Source: Lama glama
Taxonomy: Eukaryota
Length of the DNA: 64,000 nt
Reading direction: 5' to 3'
Assembly: GCA_028534125.1 (NCBI GenBank)
Contig: CM052846.1
Span: 4,154,001 to 4,218,000 of the forward strand
The position numbers and the translations under genes are program-made. Positions 26,841 through 39,730 of the stretch are shown in pieces. Position 1 is the first letter of the stretch. Each line of letters starts with the position of its first letter. The notes beneath the pieces are model-generated. The model was not told where the DNA came from. It did not search any database and saw only the letters and a program-made list of their open reading frames with translations.

Positions 26841-27200
26841 ACGCCACCCACTTCACACCACTGAAGATATTCAAGCTGAGGCCAAACACCCCCTTCCCGT
26901 GTCTTTTATTCAGGAGATTAAACCACTAGGAAGTTGACCCCTGTGATCTTGAGGTCCTTTAGGTCTAAAATTTCAGTAATTCTGTATTCCTGCTTCTCCG
27001 GTTGCCACATGAATTTGCAGATTCCCACGATTGTTTTTCATTTCCCATCTTCTCTTCAAAAATGCCGGCAAAGCCCAAAATAAGTGAATTGCTTCCACTC
27101 AACAGACTCTCTGAAGAGCCCTGCGATCGTACCATGCCAGCCACAGAATAACCCGGAGAGGAGTTTCTCCCCATCATTCACTCAGTGCATCAGAGCCGGA

Positions 27201-27333
27201 NNNNNNNNNNNNNNNNNNNNNNNNNNNNNNNNNNNNNNNNNNNNNNNNNNNNNNNNNNNNNNNNNNNNNNNNNNNNNNNNNNNNNNNNNNNNNNNNNNNN
27301 NNNNNNNNNNNNNNNNNNNNNNNNNNNNNNNNN
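27201..27333. other. Assembly gap (133 N)
   Basis: Run of n characters seen directly. Confidence 1.
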
Positions 27334-27539
27334 AGAGAGAGGCAAATTTTCTGATTTGGGGTTGGCGCAACTTCCCTCGGCCCTGTCGTCCCTTTGCCTC
27401 CAGCGGGGTGCCCTGCCTGTGCGGGGGTGGGCGAAGACAGGGCCGGCGGCGAGAAGGCCGCCATGTGAAATAACCAGCCCCCGTGCTTTTCCTGGAGCCC
27501 TTTCCTCTGGGGAAAAGTCATGATTTTCCTAATTAATTA

Positions 27540-27970
27540 AACATTCATCCAAGAATTTATTTATTCATCAATGCATTCATTTAAATAATGTTTTAAATAT
27601 GTTAGATCCTAGAGGAGACATAAGAATGAAAATGCCATTATCCCTCCCCTGGAAGAGCTGACTGTTTGGTGGGAAAAGACGTAGGCAAACAGATCATTTC
27701 AAATATTTTGAGAAGCGCGGAGATGGAGAGAAGTACAAACGAAAATGTGGTCAGGGAGACATTTGTTCCCCCGGGTCAGCTGGGAAAGGCTTCACACAGG
27801 AGATCAGAGACGAGCAGAGCCCGGTGGTAACAGACAAGAGTCCACCAGATGGAGAGCGGAGAGGCTGCCCAGAAAGGGGGGCAGAGATGCGCCACGGCAC
27901 GAGTTTCCATCTAACGAAGGGTATGAGCTTTACCTGGAGGAAACAACAGTGCAGAACACCTGGTGCATTT
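27540..27970 (-). mobile_element. L2 3' fragment
   Basis: (ATTC)n-like terminus attcatccaag...attcatcaatgcattcat followed by tccctcccctggaagagctgactgttt...aaacagatcatttcaa...ggaaaggcttcacacaggag. Confidence 0.65.
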
Positions 27971-28004
27971 ACAGCTCTGGCCAGCAAAAAGGGCGGGGCA
28001 ATTA

Positions 28005-28195
28005 GTGGCTCTGCTGTGAGTGGTTGGGGTTGGTCACACCAAGATCTTCCGGGAAGTTTTTTGTTGTTTCTGTTTTGTTTAGATACAGACTTTCTGACTT
28101 AGAAGGTCTAGAGCTGGCCCTCTGAATCTCTCTTTTAAAAGTTTTCTGGGTGATTCTTTTGAAAATAGGGCTCAGACAACTTGAGAAAAACTGGG
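28005..28195. mobile_element. MER5-family hAT-Charlie fragment
   Basis: tgaatctctcttttaaaagttttctgggtgattct...ttgagaaaaactg resembles a MER5 terminus. Confidence 0.5.
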
Positions 28196-28999
28196 TAAGT
28201 GTCTAGGCTGTTACCTTCCTGAATTCTTTTTTTTTTTTTTTTTATGCTCATGCTGGAACCCCAAGGCCTCGTTTAGTCATCAACGCTCAGGCAGTTTGCT
28301 TAATGCCACCTAGTCAATTGTATCCCCAGAAGAGCCTAATGTTTTCCCAGTTGTGTGTGAAATTTGGGAGGATGCCCAGGTCCACTGGCAGCCCTTTGGC
28401 ACCAGCCCCCAGCAAGCACCCTCAGAAACACGGCAGCAGTAAAGCCAGAGACCCCGGCACCCCAGAGGCACACGGGAGAAGCCAGTTCTGTCTCCCTGTG
28501 GAACCTGCATCGGGAATTCCCACGAGGGGAGACAGAGCTAAGTCTGATGGGCTGAGTGGGCAGGACTAACGGGGTTTCTCTGCTGAAAGCACAGCCTGGG
28601 AGGTTTAACAAAATGGGGGGGAACTTTCACTGAACATCTTATGAGCAAAATGTATTGAACACTCCTTACAAAACTGATAAGACCTCATGGGAGACAAAGG
28701 TAGATTTTATCATGTCGCTGAAAGGGGGTGGGTACCATACACATGTAAGAAATAGCTGGAGTAATTCAAGAATTAAATGATATTTTTAGTTGCCCCAATA
28801 AGATAGGTTAATGGTCTGAAAAGCAATTTTTAGTGATGATATATTTTCTTCACGTGCTCGGAAGTAAGAAGCTGTCAAGAATTCATAAACTGAATAATCC
28901 TTACCCCCTGTGAGCTGTTGCTGTGAAAATGCATCACTTTATCGCGTGTTCTCCCCTTGACTTTATTGCCTGTCAAAGTTAAGAAGAGAAGAATTAAGA

Positions 29000-29560
29000 T
29001 TTGTCGAATGCATACTATAAGACAAACAACAAGCTAGGTGCTTGATGCATGCAATATCTCACTTTAGTCTCTCAAAGACCCAGTGAAGTTGGTTTTGTGA
29101 TCATCCATTATAGATGCAGAAACTAAGTTCCAGGACAGAGATGCACTTTACCAGGGATAGGTGCCCGGGGGTCAGTGAACTGCAAATACCCAGCTCAGAC
29201 GCCTGCCGGAATATTATGCTGCCTTCGTTAAAGGCTTCCTTTAAAAGGTAGTGTCATCCAGTACAGCTGACCTAGATAGGTAAGTAGATGTGAAGAACCC
29301 TTGATAGTCTGCGTCTCCATTCTGTGACTAGAACAGGGTGTAGAACAGAGTAGGAACTCTGCAACAAATTATTGACCTGGATTGAAACTTCCTGTAAATA
29401 CTCGTTCGTTCATTTGCTTTGCACAATACGTCATGCTTTCCTTGCACTGTTCTGGGTGCTTAGGTTATAATAGGGGACAGAAAAGTAAAACTTCTCTGAC
29501 CTCACGGAGCTTATGTTCTAGTTGGGGGAGACTAACAAAATGCAACAAAAGTCACGAATA
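29000..29560. mobile_element. Cluster of MIR (minus ~29000-29200) and L2 fragments (~29280-29560)
   Basis: tcatccattatagatgcagaaactaagttcca (MIR); ctgacctcacggagcttatgttctagttggggga (L2). Confidence 0.65.
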
Positions 29561-32386
29561 AGTAAATAATATTAATATTAGAAGACACACAATAAGAAAA
29601 AATAAAGACAGTGGCGTCAAAGCCAATCACAGCTTCTGCTCAGCTTCAGATAACCAGAATCCCCCTGGTGGGCTGATCTAATTCCCAGAGAAAGGAAAGA
29701 TTCAAAACATCTTACTGAATCTATTACACCGTTCCCCAAATAAAGATTTGGTTCTCATGTTTGAAACAGTAAAAGTAGCTCCTGGACTTTCCAGTTACCT
29801 TCATGAGCCTCTAGGTTGGAACTTATTTCCTGTTTGTCTCTTTCTCTCTCTCTCTTTCTTTTTTTTTTTTTTCACTCTCCCAAATAGTCATCAGACTTTG
29901 GTTGCAAAAGATTCAGAGACAAAAGCCTGGAAAACAACAACAGCAATTTAAAACAAGCGAAAATTCAGAAGAGGGTGGGGCTCAAATGCGTGCCTGAGGC
30001 AAGCCCTGGAGTGGGAGCTGAGTAATCCTCCTGCAAGAGACGCAGGAAGGCAACTGCTTGAAGAAACAGGGCCAGTAGAATGCCCTTAGCCACGAATCCC
30101 GGGTCATTTATTTTCCAGAAGCAGCTAACTCGGCAACCTCTGGAATGACCAGATCCCCAACTATGAGAGTAGAGTTATTTCCAGTCACTGAGTTACCTCT
30201 CTGATTTAGGGCCAAGCCTGAAATCCCCTAGGTTTTGAAGGGAGAGTCTGTGGAAGCCCAGGTCTGCAGCATCTTCACCGGTGGAGACAGACCCCGATGA
30301 AAAAGATTGAGATCAAGAAAAGAAGCGAAGGTGGTGAGGCTTCTGGACTTCAGACCTCTTCATAAGAGACAGAAAAGAATTTGAGAGGCATTTTCTGTCT
30401 CAGGTCAGGGAAGAATTCGCTCCTCCTTCTAGCCCAAATGCTAAAAGATCTCTGAGCCCCACCCCTTCCAGAAACTGATCTTATTTGAAGAGTATTTCTT
30501 TAAGGATGTAAGGAATATGGAGTGAGATCTCAAAAAGCTACACTCCATATGAAAGGAGAGAAACAAGCTGATTTTTCCCCTGGAAGTCTCCTGGGGTGCA
30601 AAGGGACCCAATTAGCAGGAGAAGGTAAATCATAATAATTCAGTCTTCTCTGCCGTTTCCCCGTGGCCATCCTCCTGGGACTGCTTGTCGCTAGGTATTT
30701 CTGAAGATCAGGCTCCCCTCGGACTCGGACCCCTTTCATTGCTCCCTGTGCTGGGCAGGGTGTGCTAAGTGTGCTGGGAAATGACAGGCCTGTCGCTGGG
30801 GCCACTAATGCAAGGGAGCAAGACATACGCAGGTCTGGGTGAGACGTTTCGCCGTAGCCTCCGTATCTGAGAGCCGGCATCTCTCTTCCTGATGCCTGCT
30901 CACTTTGGCAACACTAATGGGGCTGAATGTAGCCACACTTTAAAAAAAAGGTGTGCTTATCTGAGATCACTAACCGTTTCCTTTCCTGTACTTCACGGCC
31001 TTCAGTTTTCCTTTTTTTCAAACCTCTTCTTACTAGACGTACCTGCCCAGCCTGCCCGGGTCCCCCTAACTCTGCTCCTGCTTCTTCCTCCATCACACTT
31101 CGGATTTTCTAACAGACTCACCAGTGTCCTCCCCACATTGTCTCTCCTCTCCTTCCCGGTTTTTGGTGAATCCTAAATAGAGAACCAGGCAATACTGATC
31201 CTCAAAGATTAAAAGTGCACTAAATTCAGCATCACGATAAATAAAATCCAGAGGTAAACTGTCTACCTACTCAGGGGGTGCATACTAGTTACTGTGTAGG
31301 CGTGTGTCCAGGTGCGGGGCGAGCAACTAATCAGAAATAGTTTAATGGGTCTCTCACAATGACCTCGATGAGCACACAGTTTTGAAAAAATAAATCTTAT
31401 AATGTCTCTTTTTCTTATTACAGACCTATGTCTCTAGCCAGCAGTGATGGTAGCAGATTCCCAGGGACCACGTTCAATGATGTTTCCACTTCATGCTGAT
31501 CTGGGGCGCTGAGACGTGTAATAAACAGAGCCCCTGCCTGGTCCTCCTCAAACTCCCCTCCATCGCTCACCCCCCTTCTCCTTCACAGCACCCCCCGTCC
31601 CAGCCTCATGAGAATCCCGGAGACCCTCCACAGGCCCCAGGAGGCTGGCTCATTATTTACAAAATATTTACTGTTCTAGGGTCTCCCACCCAGAGCACTC
31701 CGACTTGTTCTGTCTCACCATCGAGCAGCAGGACCCCACTGTGGTGGGAAAAGAAAAAGAAAGACCAGAGGCATTCAAGACAAGCTTATTTTTTTTTTTA
31801 ATCAAAGGCCACCTTCTAACTCTCCAAATATGCTTGAATAAATAAAAGCTACAGCCGGAAGTTTTGCTTTTTTGACCTTCATGCCTGAGTACCTGGCAGA
31901 AAAACTGCTATTAACTACTACCCTTAAATCATTCTCAGTGTGGCCTTCTCCTGCAGCCCTCACCCTAAGCTGTAATAATTCCTTGTATCTTAAGCATCCT
32001 CTGGCCATCGCTGTCTCAGCTTCCTCTTTTCCCCTTGAGAGCTGTGCTTCTGGACGAGAGAGAAACCCTACGTCTGAGCGGGGAGAGGCTCAGTATGAGA
32101 CAGCGTGAAGTTCAGTCAGGGACACCACCACCTTGAGCAAAAACATAAAAACAGCCCATAAATTTCCAGGAAAAACACATGAAAGATACGGCTATGTCAG
32201 ACCTGCTGCAGCTCAGGAGAGCTAATAAAGCAATGCTGCCCTGTATTTGCATAGTACTTTATCATTTACCAAATGTTTCCCCTCATGACCCCACTTAATT
32301 ATTCCATCCACTGTGGGTAAGACTATAATCTCTTTATGGATAAGAAAGCTGAGACAGCCAATGATGTACTTAAGGTCCTATACTGC

Positions 32387-32562
32387 TAGGGGAGACCCAG
32401 CACATAATTTGCAGGGCAAAATAAAAATTCAGAGTCCCTTGTTTAAAAAAATATATTTATATATGTTCATCAGACATCAGCAGATCATCAAACCAAGGGT
32501 GGAGTCCATCGAAGCGTAGCGCTGTGTGATGCTCACATTATGCACTCGTGAAGCCAGCCGTG
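32387..32562 (-). mobile_element. MER45A element inserted within a MIR
   Basis: cacataatttgcagggc...cagagtcccttgttt...cagcagatcatcaaaccaag...tcgtgaagccagccgtg, similar to the copy at 43559. MIR-like sequence lies on both sides (32230-32385 and 32570-32630). Confidence 0.72.
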
Positions 32563-34199
32563 CTCCTCCTACATGAAGGCAGAGCCAGGACTCAAATTCA
32601 AATCTTTGAAGTCCAAGTCCATCTCTCTCAGTGCCCTCTGGCTGTGTCAGGATTCCTTCCCTGGTCTGCCTCCAGCCATCTCTGTGATGTTGCACATATA
32701 CTGTTGAACCGACATACATCCCAGTTTCCCCCAGTACAGACCCAGGGGTTAGGGTAGATAATCATCACAGCCTCTCTTGCCTCTCCAAGATTCTGTCATC
32801 TTTACTCGCTGGATCCTTGAGCGCTGGTGGACAACTCTCTCTACAATGAAGAAACAAATGTCTCGTGAATGGATTTCTCTGTATTTTAAAATGGCCAGTG
32901 TATCTTCCATTCTTTTCAAATCCTGAATCTCATATCCACTGCTTCCTCTTACCTTTAGTCTATTCTTCAAGTCTGATCATTTGAAAAAGGGAAATGGAAG
33001 AAAATGAAGGGAAACAGAACGGGGGAGGGAAAGAGAGACAGAGAGAGCAGGGAAAGAAGGGAGAAATAGAAAGAAAAGATTGAAAGAAGCCCTAGAAGGT
33101 GTGCGCTGAGCGGACTGGCTCCCGATCTGCCCGTCTGCCCTGTCACCAGCCGACTTCACTCCAGGGACGACACACTCTGCAATTTGTGTGGCAAAGACAC
33201 GTTTCTGAAACCAAACTGGTTATATTCGCCGAGGCCTCTGCTTCAAGCGATGGTCTGAACGTTTCTCTCCCTGAAATCTGAACGTATCCATCAAGCTGCG
33301 TTGCGCTCCTGGACTTGCAATTAATCACAGCTCGTTTCAAGCTTTATTAATTAATAGCAAGGCTGGGGACCCAGTGGAGGCCCCAGATTTAATCTGCGGT
33401 GTTTTCAAATGATTATAATCTGCTAGAGGAAGAGCTGCTGGATTTTAAGTAGCCTTTTTTTTTAACGCCAATATTGCATTGCCAAGACATTGCAAGAAGT
33501 AGTCTGGACTCTGGCTGAAGGAGGCCCTGGAACAGCCTCCCTTTGCTGTTGTGAGGGGACGTCTGGCCAGCAGGGGGAGCAGAACTGAACTGTCAGCGCT
33601 AAACAGAGTCCACGATGGAAAGACAGAGATGACCAGGCAGCTTCTGGCTCTGGCAGATCCAGGAATCTGGTTTGATGAACCTGGAAAGAAACAGTTTATG
33701 TCTCTTTTTCTCACCTTGGAACGACAACGTGGGAGGATGCCCTGGGTGTAAAATCCACCCAGAAAGGGAGGGGCATTGTCAACGCGCACGATCCCAAAGC
33801 CATAAGGGGTCGTTCAGTGTGAAGGCGCGCTCGGCGGTCAGTGGCCTCACTAGGCAGAGGTCACTGCTGTCTTTCCTGCTGTGTTGGCTTCGGTGGTCTT
33901 CCTCCCCAGTCAGGAGCAAGGTAGGCGCCCCTGTTTCTGAAGAGTGTAGTTATCTTTCACAACCCAAACATTTATGGCAACACTACCCAGCTATCGTTTA
34001 TACGCTGCTGCCCACCAGAGCTTCACATGTTAGCTCAGCTGTTTGAAAAATGTTGGTCCTGAAATGGACCTTAAGAGGATACATGATCTCCAGGTGTTAA
34101 TAGGACAACATCAAAATGTTCCAGAGAAATATGAGAATTTATGCATAAATGTTTATGTGTAAAGACCTCCAAAGGAAGGACTTCCTAAAAGGCTTAGCA

Positions 34200-34850
34200 T
34201 GGAACACACAGCTCTACTAAACCCTTCTCTGGTGGCATCTTCAGCCCTGTTTTTCCATCCCTCCTGCCTCACTCCAGCCATTTCAAAGGTCCTACATCCC
34301 CAAACACCTTGACTTTATGTATTTGGGGCTTCACACATGAGATCCCGTTAGCCTAGAATCCCACTGGGTTTCTATTCATACTTCAAGACCCACACAAAAC
34401 TCACCTTTAACTTTGAAAACTTCCCTGCCCCCTGCAAGAGCTCCCACTCAAGGGCTGCACATGTTTATTCTTGCCCTTTTCACACTGCTTTGTAAATAGT
34501 ATGGATATATTTTCTTTACTACATGTATATAGATCCTTATAATAAATTATGATAGATAATAAACAGGTAAATAGATGTAAAGACACAGATCTCTACTTCC
34601 AGACTTGAAGATGCCCACGGTGGTGTCACTATGTTTCTCCATCTTTCACACACTCAGTCCCTAGGGCAGTGTCTGTGGCATCAAAGGTGTTTGCTACATA
34701 TTCCTCAAATGAATCACTTGTGTGAATAAGGAGAGGTCTGTCTAAGTCTAGTCTTACTTTATAAGAGGAAACTGAAGCACTGGCAGGACAAGTTACTTGT
34801 CTAAAGTCACACAATTAATTATCCAAGACATTTGGTGTAACTCCAAGCCA
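34200..34850. mobile_element. L2 3' portion (plus) and adjacent MIR core (minus)
   Basis: actccagccat...gcctagaat...ctattcatacttcaagaccc...gaaaacttccctg (L2); tataagaggaaactgaagcac...gttacttgtctaaagtcacacaatta (MIR). Confidence 0.65.
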
Positions 34851-35600
34851 CAGAATGCTCGTTTCTAAAGGTAGACACGCTCAGACAAATCTCTGTTCTT
34901 TAGAGCTGAGTAATCTGCAAGAAACCACGCGGCCACGTGCATGGGGAGGGGGGAGAATAAAGAAAACTTAAGTCAGCTCTGAGTGGGCGACGTGCAGAAC
35001 CATCAGCAGAGCTCACAGTTAATCTCTCTGGGAGGCACAGCACGATTTAAGAGCGCGGCTGGGGAACTCTCCCAGGTGGGTGAAAAGCTTTAGGTTACAG
35101 AGCTGATGCGTCTTGCCCCAGCAGCCCCATCTTTGAGAACTAGAAAGAACAACTGGGAGCGTTAGATGAAAATAACTCAAACGCAATCTGAGGTATCATT
35201 TCCACAAGCCAAGGCTCGCAAATGTTTTCCAGGTGAGGAGATGGACCATCCCATGGGGCTCATGGCCATGCACTCAGGCCCAAACCCAAACATTTGCTAC
35301 GGGCCCAGAGCAGAGGCTCCTGCCCTAAGACAAGGTCACAACACTTTCAAGGACCTTGATGGTGACATGATGAAGAAGAGCTGGTTGAGAGTGAGAGAAA
35401 CAAAGAAGCATGGAGCGTGATTCCAGGGTCAGATGCCACCAAGCCCTGCCTCGGTGTCCAAGACGCCATGGGGACTGGAGGGCATCAGTGAGCCTGAGAG
35501 CAGTCAGAGCTCAAGGAAGCAGCACATGAGGATGTGGTTCAATATTACTAGCTCTTCTTGTAATCCCAAAGAAGCAAAATCTCAGATATTTGTGTGTCCT

Positions 35601-35665
35601 TTTTTTAATTAAAGAATAATTGATTTCCAATGTTGCGTTAGTCTGGTGTACAGCATGGCGATTCA

Positions 35666-35700
<35 letters not shown>

Positions 35701-35760
35701 TCTTTTTCATATTCTTTTCCATTGTAGGTTACTATAAGATATTGACCATAGTTCTCTGCA
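35601..35760 (-). mobile_element. Very short L1 3'-terminal insertion (160 bp) containing (AC)14
   Basis: ttttttaattaaagaataattgatttccaatgttgcgttagt-ctggtgtacagc...tattcttttccattgtaggttactataagatattgaccatagttc is the antisense cetartiodactyl L1 tail. Flanked by TGTCCT (35595-35600 and 35761-35766). Confidence 0.85.
35669..35696 (+). repeat. (AC)14 microsatellite
   Basis: Perfect dinucleotide run inside the short L1 tail. Confidence 0.97.
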
Positions 35761-36329
35761 TGTCCTCTCTTGATTGTTTAATGTCAGCAGCGACTTCTCT
35801 GGGTGGAGCAGCCCAGAATTAGACAGTTCTGCAGGACAAATCCGCGCTGTGAACCACACCTGTCTGACTCCTACCTTAAGTCCACGTGCACATAGAAAAG
35901 CTGATTTGTTACTGGAGCCCGGAGAAGAAATCCTCTCCAGGCAGCTTCTGGGGGATGGTAGATGTTAATGGAGGGCGGGGGGGGTAGAATACATGCATTT
36001 TCACTGGAACAGTTTAGAAATCCACAGAATTTCTTCTATATCCTGTCCAAAAATAACCTGTGCCTCAGGGCAACAGGCCAAACCACGAGTGCTGGGTGAC
36101 TGAGAAGGTCCTAGTTTAAAACTTCCCTCCTGTAGTCAAATCATGTAACAAATCCTGTGCCCTAATTTGAACATTGGAGAACATGGTGACCGTAGCCCTT
36201 GGTCTGTTGCTACAAGAGGGACTCGGGGTCACAAGTGAACAGATTCTGCAGCAGGACACCCTGCTTCTTCGAGAGCACATGCTTTCTCCACAATTCTGCC
36301 AGGAGACCATGGCCATCGTCTCCTGCGGC

Positions 36330-37400
36330 TTTCAGGTGGGAGTTTTCCACACGGGGTGAGTGGCCGGGGGTCAAGCCGAGTCCCTGTGAGGGGGGCTACT
36401 CACGGCGGCACGGAAGACGCCCTCTGCCCCTGGCAGGTGCCAGCAGCGGAGCCGGGCTGAACAGCCTCGGCGCAGAGTGGCCGGCCTGCACGGTGGTCTT
36501 CAGACAGGGACTCCCGGGCCGCTGCCTCCACTCGGTCCTCTCCTCCCGGCCTCTCCCGAATCCCTTTCTCATCTTTTCTCCTGTGTCTCTCTTCTTACCC
36601 TGCCCCAGGGGGCCCTTCGCTTTTGCTTTGGAGAGATGGGGAAGGGACCCTTTTCTCTCTTAAATGATTCCAGATCGTTCCCTCAAAGAAGGGAGTGTTC
36701 TCACTCAAAGGAGATGTTTCTGCTTCCCAGGCCCTAGGAGACTCTGCTTCATGGTGTGGGGGTTAGGAAACACCGAAGTTCAGAGATTCACAGGCTGTTC
36801 CGTGCGGCGGGCCCCGTCACACCCTTCCTTGAGGCAAGTCCCAACCTGAATATCTGCTGAAAATGAGCACCGTGGGCAAAGCGCTAGGAACCCCCCAGCC
36901 CCCTCCTCCGCCGGGCGGGACCGCGGGCTGCGCCCTCCGGGCAAACAGAACGGTCCCGAGACCTCCGGACCCAGCGCGGCAAGTCCCCAGGCCAGGTTTT
37001 GCTTGGGTTGGTCCCTGCGTGTCCAGCAGGAAGGCCGCTTAGGATCAGGCGAGGGGTGAGAAGGGCTGGGGGGTGAGCCCGGCCCAAGCAAGGGCTGCTG
37101 CGGGCACAGCCCACGAGGGACACTGTCTCCCCATCTGGATCAGCTCCCTCCTGACGGAAAGGCCTGTACAAACCCCACCTTCGTCTCTAAGTTCCTTGAT
37201 ACCTGCGGCCTCACGCAGCGTCCGGAGAAAAGCCACTGCTGTGTGAAGAACGAGGCAAGTCAAGAGAGAAGAGCGTGGGGACAATTGGCTTTGGGGACAC
37301 GTTAAAGAATCCGCGGAGCATCGTCGACCCCCCCCCACCGCAGGGCCCGGGGTCCTCCTCGGTGCCTCAAACCCCCACCCCGCCCGAGGGCAGAGAAGGC
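36330..37400. promoter_or_regulatory. CpG-island-like GC-rich region (possible promoter or enhancer)
   Basis: Visibly high GC and CpG density (e.g. ccgccgggcgggaccgcgggctgcgccctccggg at ~36908-36940) with GC boxes GGGCGG/CCGCCC. Not formally computed. Confidence 0.55.
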
Positions 37401-37879
37401 TGCTCAGGAAAGAGGTTTGAGGACTCGGAGTGTGGCTGTCAACCTGCTATTTGAGGGATGAAGAAAGGCTCCCCTAACTCTCAAAAGAGTCCTCCCGTGC
37501 CCGGCCAGGGAGCTCAGCCATCAGCGGGCCATGGCTCTGGGGTGAAATGTCTGTCTCCACGGCTCCCTGTTACGTGCAGAGCCCTGTGGGATTGGCTGGA
37601 GAAGCACATACGTATGTGCACGTGTACACGCAGGCCCACTACATATATGTACACGTCTGTGTGTAAACGTATACACGTGTGTGTATACATGGGCTAAGAA
37701 AAGCCAAGCAACAAAAAGACATTGCCTGGGTCTTCCAGAAGTTTCCAATCTAAAAAAGCTTATAACCTAAAAGCAAAGTGTATCTACGTACGTCATACGT
37801 CTTTGCATTTATGAATTACAGATACGGTACTTGAAGATTGCGTTGTTAGCACAGGGAGAAGGGGTCCCGTCAAAAGATT

Positions 37880-38620
37880 TGGGTATGAATTCTGATTTTC
37901 CACTGTCTATTGGCCATGCAAACTTGGACCACTCACTGTCTCCTCAACTTCTCTGAAGAGTCCCTGGTAGAGAATAAACACTTAATAAATGTTCATTATT
38001 TTTTATTGTTTAATGCTGTTACTGTTACCATTAGAAGTAATGTTATCATTATTTTTATTAAGTGCACATTGATGTGCAGCTCCCCACAGCATTCTACCAA
38101 CACTAACCTGTCCCAGGATCTACTCATTTGCATGGTTAGCGCGTGTGACTAGCTTGCTGAACGGACTCTGCTTGCAGTCTGTTTTGCTTCCAATCTACAT
38201 CGCATGCGGTCTCCAAAGTTATCTTTCCGAAATAGAAATCCATTTGCCACATCACTCCCCTGCTTGAAAGTCTCCAAAATCTCCCTTTGCCTATAGAATA
38301 AATTCTCACCTCAGTGGCGGGGCTCGTGACAAAACAGTTCTTTAGATTTCAGGTGGGAGGGGGAGGAATAGAGAAAAGACGGGGCCGACCCCAACTTCAG
38401 GTTTTCGTTTTTATAACTTTGAACCTTTGTTTATTATCACTACTCTGAAATAAAAGAAAGCAATGACCTAAATATCCCCAAGAACTGTTTCACTCATTCA
38501 TTCAGTGGTTACTGGGCACCAGCTATGCGCTGTTTACAGGAGATGAGACACAGCAGCGGAAAGACAGAAGACGCCCTGTCTTTATGAAACTTACCTTCTA
38601 TTGGAAAAAACAGACAAATA
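37880..38620. mobile_element. MIR and L2 fragments
   Basis: cctggtagagaataaacacttaataaatgttcattatt (MIR 3' end); tcactcccctgcttgaaagtctcca...cctatagaataaattc (L2); cactcattcattcagtggttactgggcaccagctatg (antisense L2 end). Confidence 0.6.
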
Positions 38621-38813
38621 GGTAGATAAGGCCTCTAAGCTGAGGGCTCAGAAGCCTCCTGTCGGCCAGTGTCCAGGCATCGGTCCAAGTGGGTCCATGA
38701 TGAAACGCACCTGTCATATTTCACCACTGTTTCTATTCTTTTCCTTCTGCAGCATCCGTTCTCAGGTGCCTGAGCCAATTCTAATTCTCTGAAGCATAGC
38801 TGTACATTGTTAA

Positions 38814-38872
38814 GTGTGTGTGTGTGTGCGTGTGCATTCTTCTGTGTGTGTCTGTGTATACGTGTGTGTGTG
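38814..38872 (+). repeat. Imperfect (TG)n repeat
   Basis: gtgtgtgtgtgtgtgcgtgtgc...tgtgtgtgtctgtgtatacgtgtgtgtgtg. Confidence 0.85.
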
Positions 38873-39599
38873 GTGGTGGAAACGTGTTTCTGAAAATGGA
38901 GACACTTGCTAAATCAGTGCTCTATGGGGCCTGAGAGCAGGGACTTTGAGGATATACCTTATTCCCGGCCTCCTAAACTAGACAAACCTCTCTCCCCTTT
39001 TTTTCAAATGCCCTGAAGTCTCTGCCTCTGGCCATGGTTTCTTAAAGCTGTCCTTCATTCAACTGTTTTGATCACTCTTTCCAGACTTCGGCAATGCCTT
39101 CATAATAACAAACCGTCCCCCGATTCCTGCCTGCAAGGCGAGCGGTGTGCCGCAGTCAGTGGCTGGTGGAATCTGCAATTAATCTTGCCAACATAAGCAT
39201 CGGGCGTCTGCTGTGACTAGGGCAAGCCTCGGGTACCCACATGCAGGCGTGTTTACACCTGCTTCCACCTGGCCCTCCCTGATGCTGCGTGCATCTACAG
39301 GACTGAACTTTCAGAGAGAGAGTTCTGTGACTGGACCCCTCCTTGTCCTCGCAGCCAAGTAAGCGGATGGGATGGCACCTGGATTTCCCCAAGCGGCCTC
39401 CTCCCTCATGCCCCCGGGCACAGCACTGCCCCGTTTCCCCCACGTCCCAGCGCCTTGTTGGAGGACGGCAATGAAGGAACTCAGCAGCTAAGATAACGCT
39501 GCCGGGATCTGGGCGTTGCTTACCGCCTGGAACCTCAAAAGCTCATCCTCATCCGGCTGACTGAAAGATTTATCTTGCCCGGCATTTTACACCCCTTAT

Positions 39600-39730
39600 C
39601 AATTTTAATGTTCAAAATGTCCATACAAAATCACTAAAATCACTAAGTATTCCCATTTTATAGATGGAGACACTGAGGTTCAATGTTGTTTAATAATTCT
39701 GCCGAAGTGTCACAGCCGGTAGTGTTGAAA
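39600..39730 (-). mobile_element. MIR core
   Basis: cccattttatagatggagacactgaggttca...tgccgaagtgtcacagc. Confidence 0.7.

Noticed and set aside
27084-27523. ORFs spanning X runs
   Set aside because: They are artefacts of the 133-N assembly gap.
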